This document shows positions 60,377-64,000 of a stretch of DNA of 64,000 nucleotides, in pieces. This DNA is from Candidatus Methanoperedenaceae archaeon. GTDB lineage: Archaea; Halobacteriota; Methanosarcinia; Methanosarcinales; Methanoperedenaceae. A program made the translations under genes and the position numbers. Each line of letters starts with the position of its first letter. Within the stretch, counting starts at the first letter, position 1. The notes beneath the pieces were generated by a model, which saw only the letters and a program-made list of their open reading frames with translations, ran no database searches and had not been told where the DNA came from. The stretch covers positions 128,001-192,000 of the forward strand of contig CAVWCX010000036.1 in the NCBI GenBank assembly GCA_963753595.1, written 5' to 3'.

Positions 60377-60783
60377 GAATATACCTCCTTTGCCTCCTTA
60401 ATATAAATCCATAGTACGTATGAAGATATGTGTCTATGGATATGTTTCAATTCGTGTTGGTGTTATTCCAATGTGCAACACATCTCAATTGATTGACCTA
60501 AAAATTATCTATATTTCGCATGGTAGGGATTCATAAGGGTATTAAACCGATAGAACCCATAAATTAAAATAAATGTTCGTTATACAAATAAAATAGCTTT
60601 ACATTGGCGTATTACTGTATCAAATAAGTTCTCAGGTTGGTATATACAAGCAAGAAGTATTTTATTTAATTTGAAATATATTACAAAAATATCGTAGATT
60701 TGTTTATAAATCATTCAAAAGAGTTTTAGATATATATAAGTCATCACAATATATATTTATGTTAAACTATTTGAGTAATTATC

Positions 60784-62097
60784 ATGAGTTATAAAAAATG
60801 TATGGTTAAAACTGAAAGATTCTGGGGGTTTGGAGTATGCGAAAGACAAATAATTAGAGATGAAAAGTGTATATTTCATTTGGCAGACAAGACAGAAGAA
60901 GAAGCCCAACAATTCAAAATAGAATTTATGAAAGAATTTGAAAATAATGAAGGGGAGCTACATTTTGAAAAAGTTATATTCCCCGATTCAATAGGATTTT
61001 TATTAAAAAAAATTGAAAAACCTATTTTTTTTAACGGAGCTCATTTCTGTAAAGAAGCACTTTTCAATGGGGCTAAATTTAAAGAAAAAGCGGATTTCTC
61101 TGGGGCTAAATTCAGTGGTCAGACAGATTTCTGTGAAGCTGAATTTAGTGGGGAAGGGATTTTCTCGGAGGCTAAATTTAAAAAGAAAGCAGATTTTTCT
61201 GAGGCTAAATTCAGTGATGAGACAAATTTCTTTAAAGCCGAATTCAGTGGGGAAGCAATTTTCTTACGAGCTAAATTCAATAATATAGTATATTTTGATA
61301 ATGCTATTTTTTGCGGTGAAGTGGATTTCGGATGGGCTAAATTCGATAAAGCAGCATATTTTCCCGACACTCAGTTCGATAAAAAAGCAGATTTTTATGA
61401 GTCTACATTTGAGAGTGAAGGTCTTTTCACAAGGATGATATTTAATAATGAATCATTTATTAAATTTAGATATAGCCAATTTCTTAAACCAAAGTATGTA
61501 CGATTTTATGACGTAAATTTAAGTTTTTTTTCCTTTTTATGCACAGATATAACCGAAGTAGAATTTTTAAAAGAAAAATGGGCAAAAAAGAATGGTAGAT
61601 GTATTGTCAGGGATGAATCGGAAATTTTGAAAGAGCTCGATACAACATATGATGCAGTAGCTCAATTGTATCGCAGGCTCAGACGGAATTATGAAGATAA
61701 TTACAGGTTCGCTGAAGCTGGCGATTTCTTCATGGGCGAGATGGAGATGCGGAGACTTGATGTAACCCCACGATTTAGGAATAAAAACATAAAAAAGATA
61801 GAATTGTTGTTTAAGAGGAACTTTTCTCTATTAGGCATATACAAACATCTAAGTCTTTATGGGGAAAGTTATTTTCGTCCTGCAATTTGTGCTTCAATTG
61901 TTATAATATTTTATCCATTGATAATTCATTGGCTATTAAATTTGCGTCTACCTGATGATTCTCTTACTTATTTGAGAACAAGCGCTTCTTCTTTTTTCCA
62001 AATGGATAACAAATATGTTGGGGAACGGCTATTAGGCATTCTAATACTTGGCTTGTTTTTCATTTCTTTAAAGAGAAAATTTGAAAGAAAAAGATGA
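60784..62097 (+). CDS. pentapeptide-repeat membrane protein
   Basis: Repeated A.F..A.F motifs; AGDFFMGEMEMRR, YGES..RP, C-terminal TM helices. Confidence 0.88.
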   Translation: MSYKKCMVKTERFWGFGVCERQIIRDEKCIFHLADKTEEEAQQFKIEFMKEFENNEGELHFEKVIFPDSIGFLLKKIEKPIFFNGAHFCKEALFNGAKFKEKADFSGAKFSGQTDFCEAEFSGEGIFSEAKFKKKADFSEAKFSDETNFFKAEFSGEAIFLRAKFNNIVYFDNAIFCGEVDFGWAKFDKAAYFPDTQFDKKADFYESTFESEGLFTRMIFNNESFIKFRYSQFLKPKYVRFYDVNLSFFSFLCTDITEVEFLKEKWAKKNGRCIVRDESEILKELDTTYDAVAQLYRRLRRNYEDNYRFAEAGDFFMGEMEMRRLDVTPRFRNKNIKKIELLFKRNFSLLGIYKHLSLYGESYFRPAICASIVIIFYPLIIHWLLNLRLPDDSLTYLRTSASSFFQMDNKYVGERLLGILILGLFFISLKRKFERKR

Positions 62098-62347
62098 AAA
62101 AAAACAATTTCAGATGTTATGTGTTTCTTAAGATATCCATTCATTTTTTTTCATAGTTCAGCACTCTTCGAGTTCGACGAGTAGACCGAGCATAAGCACG
62201 GATAATGAACGAAGATTACCCCGTAAGCTGTGCCTTCGCAGGCTTCGAACCTCACCCCAAACCCCTTAGGGGCTTCTACCCAACAATTCAAAGGGCTTTC
62301 TACCCCAACCCCATACTTGAAAGTACAGGGCGTGATAGCGTTTTTGC

Positions 62348-62640
62348 TTATAAAATTCTCTCACAGTTTTGAGAAGAAATGCACTTCTCCACTACTTCCC
62401 AGCCCTGCCCGACAGAGCCGTGGTAGCAGCCGGGAGCCCAGAGATGACCTTCACACCAATCTCTGATATGTGGGAATTCCTGTCTCAATATCCTGCTTGA
62501 TTTTCTTTTGATTTTCTTGGCAATAAAACTAATGACATATTTCGGCGGGTATTGGAAAAATATGTGGACATGGTTCATATTCACGGCAATATCTATAATT
62601 TTTATGCCCATTTCCACGCATGTTCCCTGATAATACCCTC
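62348..62640 (-). pseudogene. tnpA: IS200/IS605 TnpA (Y1 transposase) remnant
   Basis: NHVHIF..YPPKY, KSSRILRQEFPH, LWAPGCYHGSVG; catalytic Y replaced (VEKCISSQ); N-terminus missing. Confidence 0.8.
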
Positions 62641-62645
62641 CCCAT

Positions 62646-64000
62646 TTAATCCATATCATACCCTTCTTCTTTCAGCATCTTTAACGTGAAATCCCGGTAG
62701 CTCAGCCACTTTGCAGGGTCGAATTCCGATGCATCCTGGTAGTCGATTCCTTCATCTATCGCCTCTGACTTCGCATCCATCAACTGCTGCATGTATTCGT
62801 CTATCGAACCCTTCGCCCTGAGCAGATATATTCTCGGTTTCCTGGTCTGCTGAGGTCTCAGGATCCTGCTGTATGCCTGGATCTGTTTACTTGGCGTCCA
62901 GGACGTATCTGCTATGATGACCACATTAGCCTGGGGAATGTTGAGTCCCGTTTCGCCGCAAGTCGTAGTAGCGAGTAGAACGTGTGTACCATTATTCTTG
63001 AAATCATTGAGAACTACGTTTCTATTCTTGATTCCCTGCGAACCGATGAATACATGAGACTTAATTCCCCTGGTCTTGAGTTCCTGCTGCATGAGCTTCT
63101 GGAAATCAGGTCGCTCCGAGAAGACAATGATCTTCTCTTGTTTAGAGAGCGCCTCTTCTATCAGGTCGAGAGTTCGTTGTTGCTTTGTGGTGATGCCCCC
63201 CGGCCACTGTATATGCTCATTGTTCGTCTTCTTCGATTGGGGAATAGTGCTGGCGAACTGCAGTTGTGTCAGGTGTGCCAGTACAACCATCTGGTCAATC
63301 TTATGACCTTCAGGGCTTTCCTTTTCCAGCCGCAATTGTTCCTTGAACCATGCAGCGAACTCGTCCAGCCAGTGCTTGTAATGCTTCACCTGTTCAGGTG
63401 ACATCTTGATGAGTTCTGTGGATATCTCAGGCTTCGGTATCGTCACAAAGGCTGCCACCTCTGGCTCTTCCCTCTGCCGTCTGATAATCTTCGGCGACAT
63501 CATCGCCCACCACTTTGCCGTATCCTTTATCTTAGGCATCTCCCTGGACTTCATGCCTTTGTCCAGTGTCTGCTCGAACTGCGGCGTCACCCATTCGATG
63601 GAAATGAAATCTTCTTTGAACTGCCTGGTGCCTGTGGTGTAGCCGCTTTTGTACCCGCGCTCCGAGATTTGCTCGATTGGATTATGGTAACCGTAAGGAT
63701 TGAGCTCCGTGCCGTCGCCCCAGCCAAAGACAAGAAGGCTGAAGATGTTGCGCGGATAATTGGCTATCGGCGTGCCGGTGCTGAGAAGCTTGTATCTGGC
63801 TTTCAGCATCCTGACAGCCTTTGCCTGTTCACTATCCTTTGCTTTTATTTTATGGGCTTCATCCACAGCAATGAACTGGAACCTGCGCCGCATTGCCTTC
63901 GCGAAGGTCTTCCTGGTATGCTCGTTCAAAGGTTTCCAGAGTTTGTTGTATGCGATAAGATTGAACTTCTTCAGTTGTTTCAGGTCCTTCTCTGATTCAA
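62646..64000 (-). CDS. SNF2-family (SF2) helicase, C-terminal part; gene runs off the window
   Basis: VDEAHKIK, LSTGTP, KIIVFS, GETGLNIPQANVVI, WTP...QAYSRILRP.Q. Confidence 0.9.
   Translation of the reverse strand, partial: ESEKDLKQLKKFNLIAYNKLWKPLNEHTRKTFAKAMRRRFQFIAVDEAHKIKAKDSEQAKAVRMLKARYKLLSTGTPIANYPRNIFSLLVFGWGDGTELNPYGYHNPIEQISERGYKSGYTTGTRQFKEDFISIEWVTPQFEQTLDKGMKSREMPKIKDTAKWWAMMSPKIIRRQREEPEVAAFVTIPKPEISTELIKMSPEQVKHYKHWLDEFAAWFKEQLRLEKESPEGHKIDQMVVLAHLTQLQFASTIPQSKKTNNEHIQWPGGITTKQQRTLDLIEEALSKQEKIIVFSERPDFQKLMQQELKTRGIKSHVFIGSQGIKNRNVVLNDFKNNGTHVLLATTTCGETGLNIPQANVVIIADTSWTPSKQIQAYSRILRPQQTRKPRIYLLRAKGSIDEYMQQLMDAKSEAIDEGIDYQDASEFDPAKWLSYRDFTLKMLKEEGYDMD

Overview
This looks like a 64-kb segment of a large archaeal extrachromosomal or integrated mobile element. 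The host is probably Methanosarcinales/Methanoperedens-like, inferred from the TBP, PCNA, RPA and primase sequences and the TATA-type promoters. The backbone is mostly on the minus strand. It encodes its own replication, repair and transcription proteins (PCNA, a short XPF/ERCC4 nuclease, an RPA pair, PriS/PriL, RadC, a SNF2-type helicase, two TBP paralogues flanking a KaiC/RAD55-like protein, ParA) and long runs of small hypothetical genes. AT-rich cargo interrupts the backbone at about 22.4-47.2 kb and 58.3-62.6 kb. The cargo includes a metallophosphoesterase, an AbrB-PIN toxin-antitoxin pair, Sir2-HerA, a 2TM protein / aaRS-catalytic-core / class III cyclase trio, a UvrD-nuclease fusion, a type IIS (AlwI-family) R-M system, a ParB+PRTase pair, a soluble+4TM pair, and HNH and pentapeptide proteins. 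A complete group II intron (54892-56909) sits antisense in a backbone gene and appears to have GU...AG ends with a compensatory gamma-gamma' C-G pair. Non-coding structure is rich: a phased GATATC palindrome array in a roughly 2-kb ORF-free region, a 43-bp hairpin motif in 5 copies, a shared promoter/5'-hairpin cassette, an 18-bp operator-like palindrome at the RPA and primase promoters, a duplicated covarying structured element, and integron-like remnants. No CRISPR array, rRNA or convincing tRNA was seen. All family assignments come from motif recognition by eye, not from database searches.
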